64,000 bases of DNA. Origin: Haliotis rubra (Eukaryota). Within the stretch, counting starts at the first letter, position 1. Each line of letters begins with the position of its first letter. The notes below the pieces were generated by a model. It was not told the DNA's origin. It worked only from the letters and a program-made list of their open reading frames with translations, and did not search any database. Below, piece by piece: positions 10,633 to 22,195 of this stretch. Made by a program: the position numbers and the translations under genes. The stretch spans positions 124,001 to 188,000 of the forward strand of contig NW_025765052.1 in assembly GCF_003918875.1 (NCBI RefSeq). Reading direction: 5' to 3'.

Positions 10633-13027
10633 GAGTGAGTGAGTGAGTTAATATTTAACGTCACATCGGCAATATTTCAGCCATATCGTGACGAGAACAT
10701 TTGATATTGAAATGAAATAAATGTATATTATAAAAAACCTGCCGACGAAGGACAGTAAAACAACTAGACTATCACAGATATGTATGTAAAAATAGTAATT
10801 AAATCTAAAACGTTTAAACTATAGGGGAAAAACAATACAGTATAAAAATGGGCTATAAATCGCCAATAACTGAAGGTAGATCACCATACCAGGGACCATG
10901 GGGACTTACATTACTTTTGCTACCTGCATGGACCCTAGTTGGATTTACACCATCCCTTCAACCAATCTAGCCATAAATTAAAAGCACACATATTCTACGA
11001 TTAAAAACGTGGCAAGCCTAAATTTACTTTGAAAGTTTTTGGGACTTACGTACCCTCTCAGGAAGACAATAATTTTACGCTACTTCAACCCCCTTTGAGG
11101 ATACAGCCACTAACAATCTAAGTTGAAAATCTGAACTACCAATTATAAAACCATTATCTATTTACAAAACATATATCAAAATTCATTTAACAAGTCTATC
11201 TCTTTTAAAAAAATAATGATTAAATGATAATTAACATTAATAAAAAGGTCCTTCACTGTTTTGACATTAAAATATCTATCCCTTATGATGGCGAATTCAA
11301 CACAGTCAAGCAGGACATGCTTGACCGTGGTTCTCCCATCACAAGGGATACAAAACGGAGGATCCTCACCTTTCAATAGGTACTCATGAGTATATCTTGT
11401 GTGACCAGTACGACATCGTCGTATGATGACCTCTTCAAACCTGGACGGACAACCCGATAGTTGGTTTTATGTCATGTAATTTATTGATACCTACTTGGGC
11501 ATCCCAATTCTTTTGCATCAGATCACGGATGTAAGTTCTAATGCTAGCTTTGTAATCAGAGTATGGGATCAGAAGTGGCGTCACAGATTTGTTGAGTGCT
11601 GCCTTGGCAGCAAAATCGGCCATTGTATTCCCAGAAATGCCAACATGGCTGGGTAACCAACAGAGGACGATGTCGTATTGGCCAGTTGCAAGATCATTAT
11701 ATAATTCTATAATTTCTATTAAAAGTGGATGTTTACAAGAAATATTTTTAATCGCCTGAAGGCAAGAAAGAGAGTCTGAAAATATTATATATTGTTTATA
11801 TTTAGGGTGTCTATTTATATATTTAAGAGCTGTTAGTATTGCGTTTGCTTCTGCTGTGAAAATTGAACTGTCATTGGGTAATCTGGAAGATATTGTTTTG
11901 GACCCAATGACAGTGGCACAAGCAACCGCGCCACCATCCTTGGACCCATCTGTAAATAAGGATTTATATGTATTATATTTACTTTTTAATTGAATATATT
12001 CTTGTTTATATAGTAAGTCATTAGTTTCTGATTTTTTAAACATAGTGAGTGTTAGGTCGACTTGTGGCCTAACCAATTGCCAAGGAGGAGAAGAAAGAAG
12101 ACGGGAAGGAGATATATTTTCCAGCTCAATGCCGGCAGCAGTAATGAATGGCTTAATCCTGAGCCCAAGAGGCGGAACAAGAGAAGATTTCTTGTTGTAC
12201 AAATCCTCATAAAGAGGATTAAAGATGCAGTGAAACGCAGGATTAGACTCGTTAGAATATAGTTTGGCAATATACTGTAATGATAATTTTATACGGCGTT
12301 GGGTAAGAGATGGTTCATCTGCCTCGACGTAGAGACTGTCAACAGGAGATGTTCTGAATGACCCAAGAAAAAGTCTTAGACCTTGGTGGTAGACTGAATC
12401 TAATAGTTTTAGGTTGCTTTTACAGGCTCCACCATATACGACGGAGCCATAATCAAGCTTCGTGCGGACTAGTGATCTATATAGGTCTGGGAGGGTAGTT
12501 TGGTCCCAAACCCAATTTGAATTAGAAACGACTTTCAATAAATCAAGTGCCTTCAGGCATTTATTTTTTAGGGATTTGATATGCGGAAGAAAGGTTAAAT
12601 GGGAGTCGAAAATCAGACCCAAGAACTTGGCCTCTTTTACAACCTTGATGGGAGTTCCATTTAAAAACAGTTCTGGGTCTTTATGTGGTTTATATTTACG
12701 GCAGAAATGTATGCAATTAGTTTTTGATTTAGAAAATTTAAAGCCGTTTTCAAGACCCCATTTATTTATTTTATTTAAACACAACTGTAGTTGCCGTTCA
12801 ATAGTATGCATATTCTTACCGCGAAAAGAAATGTTAAAATCATCCACAAAAAGTGATCCATCAATTGAATCATTTAAAACCTTGGATAAACTGTTGATCT
12901 TAATACTAAACAATGTTACAGACAAAATACTGCCTTGTGGGACACCCTGATCCTGATTATAATGGTCAGACAGGGTTGAACCCACTCTGACTTGAAATTG
13001 CCTGTCTTTTAAAAACTGTGATATAAA
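10633..13027 (-). mobile_element. 5'-truncated I-group (Nimb/Ingi/I-like) LINE with RT, RNase H and CCHC knuckle
   Basis: ORF 11435-12985 has GVPQGSILS, LFVDDF and RNase H motifs (FTDGSK, AEANAI, SDS, HVGISGN). A frameshifted tail carries C-x2-C-x7-H-x4-C (11176-11376). (ACTC)n tail; exact 15-bp TSD AGCGTCTGATACAGT at 10618-10632 and 13028-13042. Confidence 0.95.
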
Positions 13028-13419
13028 AGCGTCTGATACAGTCAGTGAGGAAGAGAGTCAGGGATGTTATTGCAGTTGGCGGAGGTTACACCAGATATTG
13101 ACATTGTACTCGGTTATCGATACTTAGGTGATTTCTTGAGGATTGTATACCCGATTTTGAAAATGACAGCACTTGTTGACGTCATATGGTTATCAACACT
13201 ACAAAATGAGTCATTTCTTCCCTGAATACGTTTTCGTTCTTTTTGCATTTATATCTTCAATTAATTATTAATGAGGGTCAGATACAGATGGTTTTTGATA
13301 ACCCATTGATATCATGAAAAAATGGGCGTGTTGAGATATTCTTTCCACGTGCAACATGTCGGTTTATCAGCCTCGAACTTAGTTTTTAACTTTCAAAATA
13401 AATAAATACATAAATAATA

Positions 13420-14720
13420 AAAAAAATACAGAAGAAAAAGAAACAAAGAACCGCACACGCTTTTTCAGCAGTTTATTTCGATATACTTTGACAGCAATCG
13501 TCATTAAGACAATGCCCATGTTTGAATCCCGTTAATCGTGTCTAATCCCGTTGTGGTGTATTGCGGGCAAACGTATCCCAAAATGTGTTTGTAGACGCTT
13601 GTCATAAAAACTGAAAACGACACATGAAAGGTGCATACAGATTAAGTTTTCCACGTAATGCACGTGCAATGTGTCGGAAACATGAGAAGAGATGTCGACT
13701 CTAAAAGGCAAAACCAAATTCCTCATTTCATTACGACATTTACATACAACGAAGATACAAATTAAATAAAATTTAAATGCTCCTGACCGAAATATCGCCA
13801 TTGGACGTTTGGAAGCAGGGGAGTACCAGTCTATCGTTGCAGGACACTTCAACGTCCACCACAGCACCATATCTCGCTTCTATTCGACCCAAGATCGTCC
13901 CAGAAGTGGAAGGCCAAGAGTGACCACTCCTGCTCAGGACCGATTCATCCGGGTGTTTCACCTACGTCACTGATTTGCTACATGAACGGACACTGCAGGA
14001 CAGGTGCCTGGTCTTAAAAGAATTTCCGACTAAACTATCAGAAATCGTCTGAGACAAACGGGAATTCGAGCATATCGACAAAAAGTTTTACCTTTACTGA
14101 CACGACTACTACCGCAACTACGAGTTCAATGGTGCAACAAAGAACAGGAATGGAACCTGGGGACCTGGAAACGCGTTTCCTCCTGGACTGACTGACTGAC
14201 TGAGTTTGGTTTTACGCCGCTTTTAGCAATATTCCAGCAACATCACGGCGGGGGACACCAGAAATGGGCTTCACACATTGTGCCCATGTGGGGATTCGAA
14301 CTCGGGTCTTCGGCGTGACCAGCCAACGCTTTAACCATTAGGCTACCCCACCGCCCCGTTTCCTCCTGGAACGACAGGATGGGAGACAACGTGTCTATCG
14401 GCGTCAACACGAAGGTTTTACTCCGAACTGCGTTCGACAGGGGGACAGATTTGGTGGCGAAAGCGTCATGGTGTGTGGGGCCATATCCAACACAGGTAGA
14501 TCAGAGCTAGTAGTGGTGGTTCAAGGAAATCTTATAGCAAAGTGCTACATCGACCAAATCCTGCGACCTCACCTCCCCCAAGCTTTTAACCGCCAGAGGG
14601 AGCTGTTTCAACACGACAACGTGTAGCAGGAGCCTATCTTTGCCAATGGAAACGTCAATGTCCTTCCTTGGTCTTCCAAATCGCCAGGACCTGAACACAC
14701 TACACATGGGATAAAAATGC
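13420..14720 (+). mobile_element. Decayed Tc1/mariner element containing a SINE B insertion
   Basis: Transposase fragments DRPRSGRPRVTTPAQDRFI, RFGGESVMVCGAI and VLPWSSKSP. The left end is homologous to 56892-57290. Confidence 0.8.
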
Positions 14721-15061
14721 ACTTGGTGACAGAGTGTTTTTAAATTAGAATATAAATTAGAATGCTTGACCAGATACTTTTATCCCCAGCTTTTGGAAAC
14801 CGTCGTATTCCGTCGTTCCCAGAATGCAGTGTAACTACTGTCCGAGATATTAGGTAGTCAGCGTGAGAAGTCGGGTGCCCGACAGCATTGTCCCACAAAA
14901 CATGGCGTGCACATTGCAGCCCAAGTCTGTTTTCATTAGCTATTATACACATAATTATGTAGTTACACTATTGCACCCCATCCATCTACTCAATTCATAG
15001 ACGTTGCGTTACTCACAGTAAATCTATTAAAAACTTTCTTCCTCATGTGTATCTCTTCTGA

Positions 15062-15520
15062 CATTCTCTTCCCACAGAGGTTACTTGTCATATCTTCCTT
15101 CGAACCTCCGTTCTAATACGGCCCTTTCATGGTGCGAGTGTTCAGGATTCGTGATTGGCTGCAATCATAATTAATTGTGCAATCAGCGACGTTGTTTCAA
15201 CAGTGATCATTCGCAAGGGCTCGGTAATTTCCGTAGGCTTCGGGAAAACTAGAAATTTTCTACTAGACAGAATTCAGTCATGCAATGGCCGATCAGTAGC
15301 GTCTCCGTCGCCCGGGAGAGGAGGGATATTTGTGGCCCCACACTTGCTTGTATTAGTCAAGTTGGATTTAAGTCGATGTAACACGTGTTCTGATTGGATA
15401 GAAAGAAGGGAGATAATCCATGTTGCGATTTTTTGCCGCTAGGGGATTTTGCGAGATCCGGGAAATTAGAACAGAGGTTCGTAAGAAGATATGCCAAGTA
15501 ACCTCTGTGGGAAGAGAATG
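15062..15520. mobile_element. Mutator-like MITE
   Basis: ~55-bp TIRs (cattctcttcccacagaggttacttg / caagtaacctctgtgggaagagaatg) and an exact 9-bp TSD CTCTTCTGA at 15053-15061 and 15521-15529. Confidence 0.85.
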
Positions 15521-16760
15521 CTCTTCTGAATGCCATTCAAAAACCTGATTGTTTGGCAGAGGCAGGGAAGAGATTTTATGACGCTTGAAGTTCTATGATC
15601 AGATAAAAGTGTGCAAATAAACTTTAAGAGGCTCTCTGAAGCGAGAACATAACATTACTTGAGAATGCTATAGATTCGTTTCATTATTATACTATCACAT
15701 TACAGACTTTGTCTATTGTTGGTGGACTAGATAGGAGTGGAACCTACTGTTTAGAAATCGAGGTCCCCTCACTGTAGATTACATAGATATTGAAGAATGC
15801 TTGATTGTGATTGGTTGAACATATTTACATTTACAACCTTTACAGAAAACACGTACGTATAAATAAACACCCTTTTATCTATCTACAGACTATAATGCAT
15901 ATTAAAGAAAAATAAAGAATAGCACCGTGCATTCAGAATGGCTGTGTACATTGAATTTCAAAACATATTTTCATATTTTTTTTTTTTAAAGTGGATGCAC
16001 TATTGACCTGCTTCAGTAATTGGTAAAATTCTATTACAAATGAAAACAATAACATTTCTAACAGGGTGGTTATTCATGGAGATCCCGATAAGAGTATTCT
16101 TATCAATCATTTCTTTTGGATAATAAAAGAATATATTTATATAAGTAATAATTTTTTTTAAAATAGACAAAATTATGTTTCAAGAAAGTGTCTTATATAC
16201 ATAGAAACGATCTGTAGTGCAATGTGATAAATAAGTATTAAATTTAACTGTTTTTTCCCCAGTGAGTGAGTGAGTGAGTGAGTTTGCTTTTACGCCGCTT
16301 TCAGCAATATTCCAGCAATATCACGGCGGGGGACACCAGAAAATGGGCTTCACACATTGTACCCATGTGGGGAATCGAACCCGGGTCTTCGGCGTGACGA
16401 GCGAACGCTTTAGCCACTAGGCTTCCCCACCGCCCCTTTTTCCCCAGTGACATGAATTTTCATTAACCAAGCCTTACCAGCCGTGTATCCTAATCACGGC
16501 ATGTGTATATGTTTTTCCGCAAAAAACTTGAATCCCGAGACACGTGGATATGTAAAGGCCGGTATATTCTGTTCCGAAATTTAAAAAAAATATGGAATTT
16601 CCGACTTGATTATCAAGTACAGCGACTGACGTGAACACTGTCCTGTCTTCCGGGGCCACACAATGATCGGTCACAGGAATGAGCAGTTGACACAGTCGGT
16701 ATTCAACGCTAATAACCTGGGTACTTGCCAATGGAACTACCATAAAGGATCATAATAATA

Positions 16761-18843
16761 AAAAGTAGGATTGCCTCCTGGGCAATACTGACGGTCTTCA
16801 GACCTCCCCATACACCCCTCCGTGGCTACCTTCACTTGTACCGTTTCTTTTGACGCCAGCTGGACCGTCCATTTTAACTCTCGGAGTTACAGGTGTTTGA
16901 AGTGTATTGAAGTGCTAGAAAGCGTCCAAAACACAGGCAGAACATGTTTTTGACACGAGAGCGGATCGGTGAAATGCAGCCGGGGTCATGTAGCTTTTAA
17001 GTAGTTCCCACAGAAGATACAGTTCTATCTTTAACTGGCCGTAGCTCCGCTGTCCTTGGGTGTACTGTTTAAACGATTAGTATTCTGGAATTGCCACCAT
17101 CCTAGGTATCTGACGCATAGACGTATATGCATATACTGCACTTGTGAAACAACCATAGATTTATGTGTGTGTATAGAGTGCATTTGTTAAACACCCATTC
17201 AAAAATTTGAAATAAAACTCATTTCTGACTCTGTATTTGCAGTGTTTATTAATGCAAACTTGTTCTTGGCGCTGTATGGGTAGGATAATGCCGATGTAAT
17301 GTAAAGGCCAATTCAAGGGCAACTATTTCTTTGGGCATTGAATAACGTTTCAGCAAAGATTTGATAGCTCCCTGTCATTGTCAATTACAGCTGTCGGTGA
17401 AATTCACATCGTCTCCCATATTTGCACGTGGACCACGCTTTGCAGTGGTAGTCACTTTATAGGACGCATATACTATAAGAGGGATTACTGGTAAATGTTG
17501 CAGACTTTGTTGTGGTCCAAAAGTCAAGTGTATTCTTCTCACTGTGAGGCTGGTAAATAAAGTGCTGGAGCGATCTCATCCTGGCAATTCCAGAACACTA
17601 ATTCTTTTGAATGTACACCTAAGAACAGCGGAGTTACGGCCTGTAAAAGAAGGAACCATTTCAGTGGGCACTGGAAAACCAGGACGTCGGCAGTGTTGCT
17701 AGATTTTACGACACTTCCTCCAGCTATATTACAACTCTCACAACTGAAAAAATGCGAAATCCTAATGTCCCGCCCTGTTTGTGGCGTAATTGTGGCGTAA
17801 CTATTGACTTTTACATAATAATAATGTGAAGCAAAATTGTTCCACATTTCATTGTCTACAGTTTAGTACCTTCAAACATGAAATACATTGTGTTTTCGCA
17901 GAGCTGTGAACCCTATAAAAATGCGTTTTGCCAAAAATTGACCAACTTCCAAGGACAATAACTCCGACACTATTCAAGCTATCGACATGCATTGAACAAC
18001 CTAAGTAGTCTGGAGTGTGGGCTTTAAAACGATATATAGAACACTATTGTACTATTTGCCGTTCAGGAGCAGATAATTGTTAAACACAGGCACCGTAAAA
18101 AAGGTGCGGAAATTTGCGAAATCGCGAAGTGTTTGTGTCGTAATGGTGACGTTATTATTGATTTTTACATAACCATGATGTGAAGCAGAAATGTTTCCCT
18201 TTCAATTACCTACAGGATGGTAATAACGAACATGGAATCCATTGATTTTTCGGAGAGTTGTGACCTTTTGTTAACCCTATGAAAATGCGTCTGAAAAAAT
18301 TCACCGACTTCCAAGGGCGATAACTCTTAAACTATTCAAGATATCCATATGCCTTGAAGGGTTTAAGAAGTCCGGAGTGTGGGTTTTACAATGATATATC
18401 GAACGCGATTGTACTATATGCCGTTCTGGAGAAGAAGATTTTTAAAGACAGGCACCGTCAACTCGAGGAAATCGGCAAAAAATTCAGTTTTTTCAAAATT
18501 GCGGAAAATTTATTCTGCCGCGAAACTTCCGGTATGGGTTGAATCGATGGGGCATGATGTTGTCTACATTGAGTGAAAATTTGGTCAATTTAGCTCTTTT
18601 AGTTTTTGAGTTATTCAGGTGTAAAGATTTCGACATTTTGGGTTGTCTGCCCTTACCGGAAGCCGGAAGTCTATGTATCAATTTCAGCACACGGGCTATC
18701 ATCCCTGAAAGTTTCACGAACATCGACCAAGCGGTTAGGTCAGGAGAGCTGTCACAAAATCTGTACAAATAATAATAATAAGAAGAAGAATAATATTCGG
18801 ATAATAACAGTAGGTCTTCCAGACTTTCGTCTGAAGACCTAAT
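16761..18843 (-). mobile_element. Helentron/HINE (DINE-1/pearl-like) non-autonomous element with an internal ~360-bp tandem duplication
   Basis: Sub-terminal inverted repeats ggtcttcagac (~16793) and gtctgaagacc (~18830); hairpin taggtcttc...gaagaccta; (AAT/AAG)n microsatellite at 18768-18795; terminal hairpin attgcc-tcctg-ggcaat; duplicated core ~17740-18110 vs ~18110-18490. Confidence 0.6.
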
Positions 18844-19511
18844 AAGGGCATTTGTAATGCGCTGAATCCCGCACCACGGAGGAGCAAGCTCAAAGCGCTA
18901 CAAGTTGTTTATTATTACCCGGATAACCCAAACTGCATGTGAGGCACTAGAAGGTTAAAGTCACATATCACACCGGGTACCGATTTTCTGCTGGGTGAAC
19001 AGAGGCATGTTTGAACAAACTCACATGCTTAAGGTGAGACCACGTCATGTGTGCTTCGTGGGGCAGGACTAAAGTCCCAGAAACTCTCAGGAGTCAAGCT
19101 GCCAAACACGGTCTCCACGCCCAACGTTGCTTACCCTAACGTCACATCATTTGTGACCTGAGCTCTACGCACAGGACGGAATCCAACAAGCTTAAGTTCT
19201 TGCTGCAGACGATTTTATGTGAAAAAAGCGAGCCTTCATTTTTGTGACCTTCACCTTCATTATGTGACTGCATTGGACGCCGACTGTAACGGAAGTGACT
19301 GATGTGTTCTTGAAATACATTCGTCACCACTCGCTCCTTCCCGTAACCCCCAGGAAGAGTCTGAACAAACTCACTAGCTTGAGGTGAGACAGCATGCATC
19401 ACATGTGCTTCGTTGTTCTGCATGACTGTGGTCCTAGAAACTTTCAGGAGTCAAGCTGCCAAACACGGTCTCCGCGCCCAACGTTGCTTAACTTCACCTG
19501 ATATGTGACAA

Positions 19512-20394
19512 GGGTGCCGTTCCACTAACCGATCTTATCTAAGATCAATCGATCTTAGCACGTTACGCCTATTTTACAATCGTCTTAGCTAAAAGTTACA
19601 CCCGTTCTACTAACCGATCTTAGTCCGATCGTAGCCGGTCCCGATCTTACGATCCGATCTAAGCTTAGATCGAGAACTCTTCCGTGCGAGAGATAGAGAA
19701 ATGCAAGGCATGAGTTATCTCCCTTTGCATAGTCTATTTGACGATGGAAGTAGCTTTGGAACCAAGTGTAAACGTGGAGAAAATATCTCGAGCAAAATAT
19801 TAGGGTAGTGCAAGTGCGTGTGAACGCTGGGTATCAGGCATAAGATGTGGCTGAATCTTGTGGATCAGAATAAACAAGGCGCGACCTGCCTTTAGACTCC
19901 CCCACCAAATAAACGCACGTGAAATCAAACATAGTCGTATTTTTTGGTTTCAGAACATTGCTCACTTCACGACCCGTCCCTGTTGTTAACCATGACGTTG
20001 CAATATTGTTGTACACATGTATTACACCGACTCCCTCGGCTGTGTTCCTATAACGTCAGTAGTCAGACTGGCCTCACATTTGTAATATAAGGCTTCAGTG
20101 CAGTGCTTGTTTTCATCGTAGAAATAAACAAATTCATTTCACGGGGAGTTTTAGGGGACTCTCACGGTGAAATGCTCGCTCTTCTTCTTTTACCACCATT
20201 TTAGTTTCTCTTCGATTGATTTTAGAGATCCTAAGTTGGTCATGGGCAACTTAGACTTTGGATCTTAACTTTACGATTGACTTAGGTAAGATTGGTTAGT
20301 GGAACGGTATGCCGATCGTAACGTCACGGCAAGATTGGGATTTTAGGGGTTTACGATTGGCGTGGGACTAAGATCGCTCAGTGGAACGGCAACC
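19512..20394. mobile_element. PIF/Harbinger-like MITE inserted into the second copy of a local ~350-bp duplication
   Basis: TIRs gggtgccgttccact / agtggaacggcaacc with many subterminal gatctta/taagatc motifs. 19010-19340 is repeated as 19362-19510 plus 20395-20560. Confidence 0.65.
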
Positions 20395-21179
20395 TGCTCA
20401 CAGGGCGGAATCCCACCATTGTAAGGTCTTGCTGCAGACGATTTTATGTGAAAAAGCGAGCCTTCATTTTTTGTGACCTTCACCTTCATGATGTGACTGT
20501 TTTCGACGCCAACTGGAACGGAAGTGACTGATATAGATCCGTCACCACTCGCTCCTTGTAACCGTAACCTCTGTTTGGCTTGTCCCAAACCACACGAGTG
20601 GGTCACAATTGCCTGAGTGATTGGTTTGTGTATGTTTTGCTAAGATGTGCCAGTAAGCGTTATAACTTCGTTCATTTTTATTTTGTTAAGCTGTAGGGCT
20701 AAGGGGAGATAATTTGGGATGTCGTAAAAGAATACTAGTAGCCGGAAAGTGGCGTATGTATACATGAGGCACTCGAAACTGTGCATCGACTGAGAAGGAA
20801 TAATTTGATGTACGCGTGTGATTCTGTCTCAAGAGTTTTAAATAATTATCCCAAATCATTCCACATATATTCCGTAACATTGTTTTCTCTAATGAAAGTG
20901 TTCATTACTTTATAATTATTACTGTTAGGCTAAATGTTCAGGCATAGGCGGATACAGAGGGGCTGTGCAGACGTGCGCACCCCCACTTGTCCTAAAAGTT
21001 CCATAATTGAAATCGGGTGGAAATGAAGTGTGCAGTCCCCGCCCGCTTTTTCAAGAGTATGGACCCCCCTGTTCAGCGCTCTGCAGTAAGGTGCTTGAGT
21101 GATCTCGTTCATTAATATTACTTATAACAGTTGGTAAACTCAGTAAATTTAATTTATTGTTCTGGTAATTGCATGTGCA

Positions 21180-21355
21180 GGGGTAAGACTTCCGCCCGTA
21201 TCCCCCCTAAATTTGAACGATGAGGAAAAAGATATCCATATATTCAGGTATAATGATTTGACTAGAAGCCATAAAATAAGGGTTAGGGTTTAAGGGTTAG
21301 GCTAGGACCTGGTAAAATGAAATTCAAAGAAGGGATACGGGCAGAAGTCTTTCCC
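21180..21355. mobile_element. Short MITE
   Basis: gggtaagacttccgcccgtatccc mirrors gggatacgggcagaagtctttccc. Confidence 0.6.
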
Positions 21356-22195
21356 AGGATAGGACGTTTGGTTTATAACAAGAATAATTATTTTCTTCGA
21401 ACCTGTGTCACAGTGTGTGCTTGCTCACAGCCAACTTGGATGGTCTGTCAAGAATAGCGGTAAGAGTGAGTGAGTGAGTGAGTTTAGTTTTACGCCGCAC
21501 TTATCAATATTCCAGCTATATGGCGGCGGTCCGTAAATAATCGAGTCTGCACCAGACAATCCAGTGATCAACAGCATGAGCCTCGATCTGCGCAAATGGG
21601 AACCGATGACATGTGTCAACCAAGTCAGCGAGCCTGACCACCCGATCCCGTTAGTCGCCTCTTACGAAATAGTGGTAAGATATCGTTGTTCCAAGCCCCC
21701 TCTTGCCAAATGCCGACGTTGCTGGTTCAACAATATTATGACGTGAATGATTGTTTTATACTTTTCATATATCTTATTTTACTTTTGAGATAGATTAACG
21801 GTGGGGTAGGCTAGTTGTTAAAGCTTTCGCTCATCACATCGAATGTCCGGGTTCGATTCAACACATGGGTACAATGTGTGAAGCCCATTTCTGGTGTCCC
21901 CCGCCGTCATATTGCTGGAATATTGCTAAAAGCGGCGTAAAACCATACTCACCTACTCTTTTTTCACTCACTTTGAATCAATACAATCGTAAGCATGACA
22001 AAATATAATGATGCACGTACTGACACTGACGTAGTTTAATGTCGAAAATCAAGAAATGAAAAATGCTTTTATTTCAACTCCAAATCTATCTGACATCTTG
22101 CCATAGAAATGTATATTAGAAACTAGTAGAGACAATTCTACTCCCAATTGTCAGAGAGCAAATAGGTGAGCTCCAGTAGCGTAATGGTAACCATG

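Larger units (their letters stand above)
8700..13101 (+). mobile_element. Decayed Tc1/mariner element split by three later insertions
   Basis: N-terminal HTH (GMSLRATARSVGCHPSIISRL, 8752-9020), DDE-region LPWSAKSPHVNPMGHVW (~10480-10530), and C-terminus QRLIQSVRKRVRDVIAVGGGYTRY* that is restored when the LINE is removed. Confidence 0.8.
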
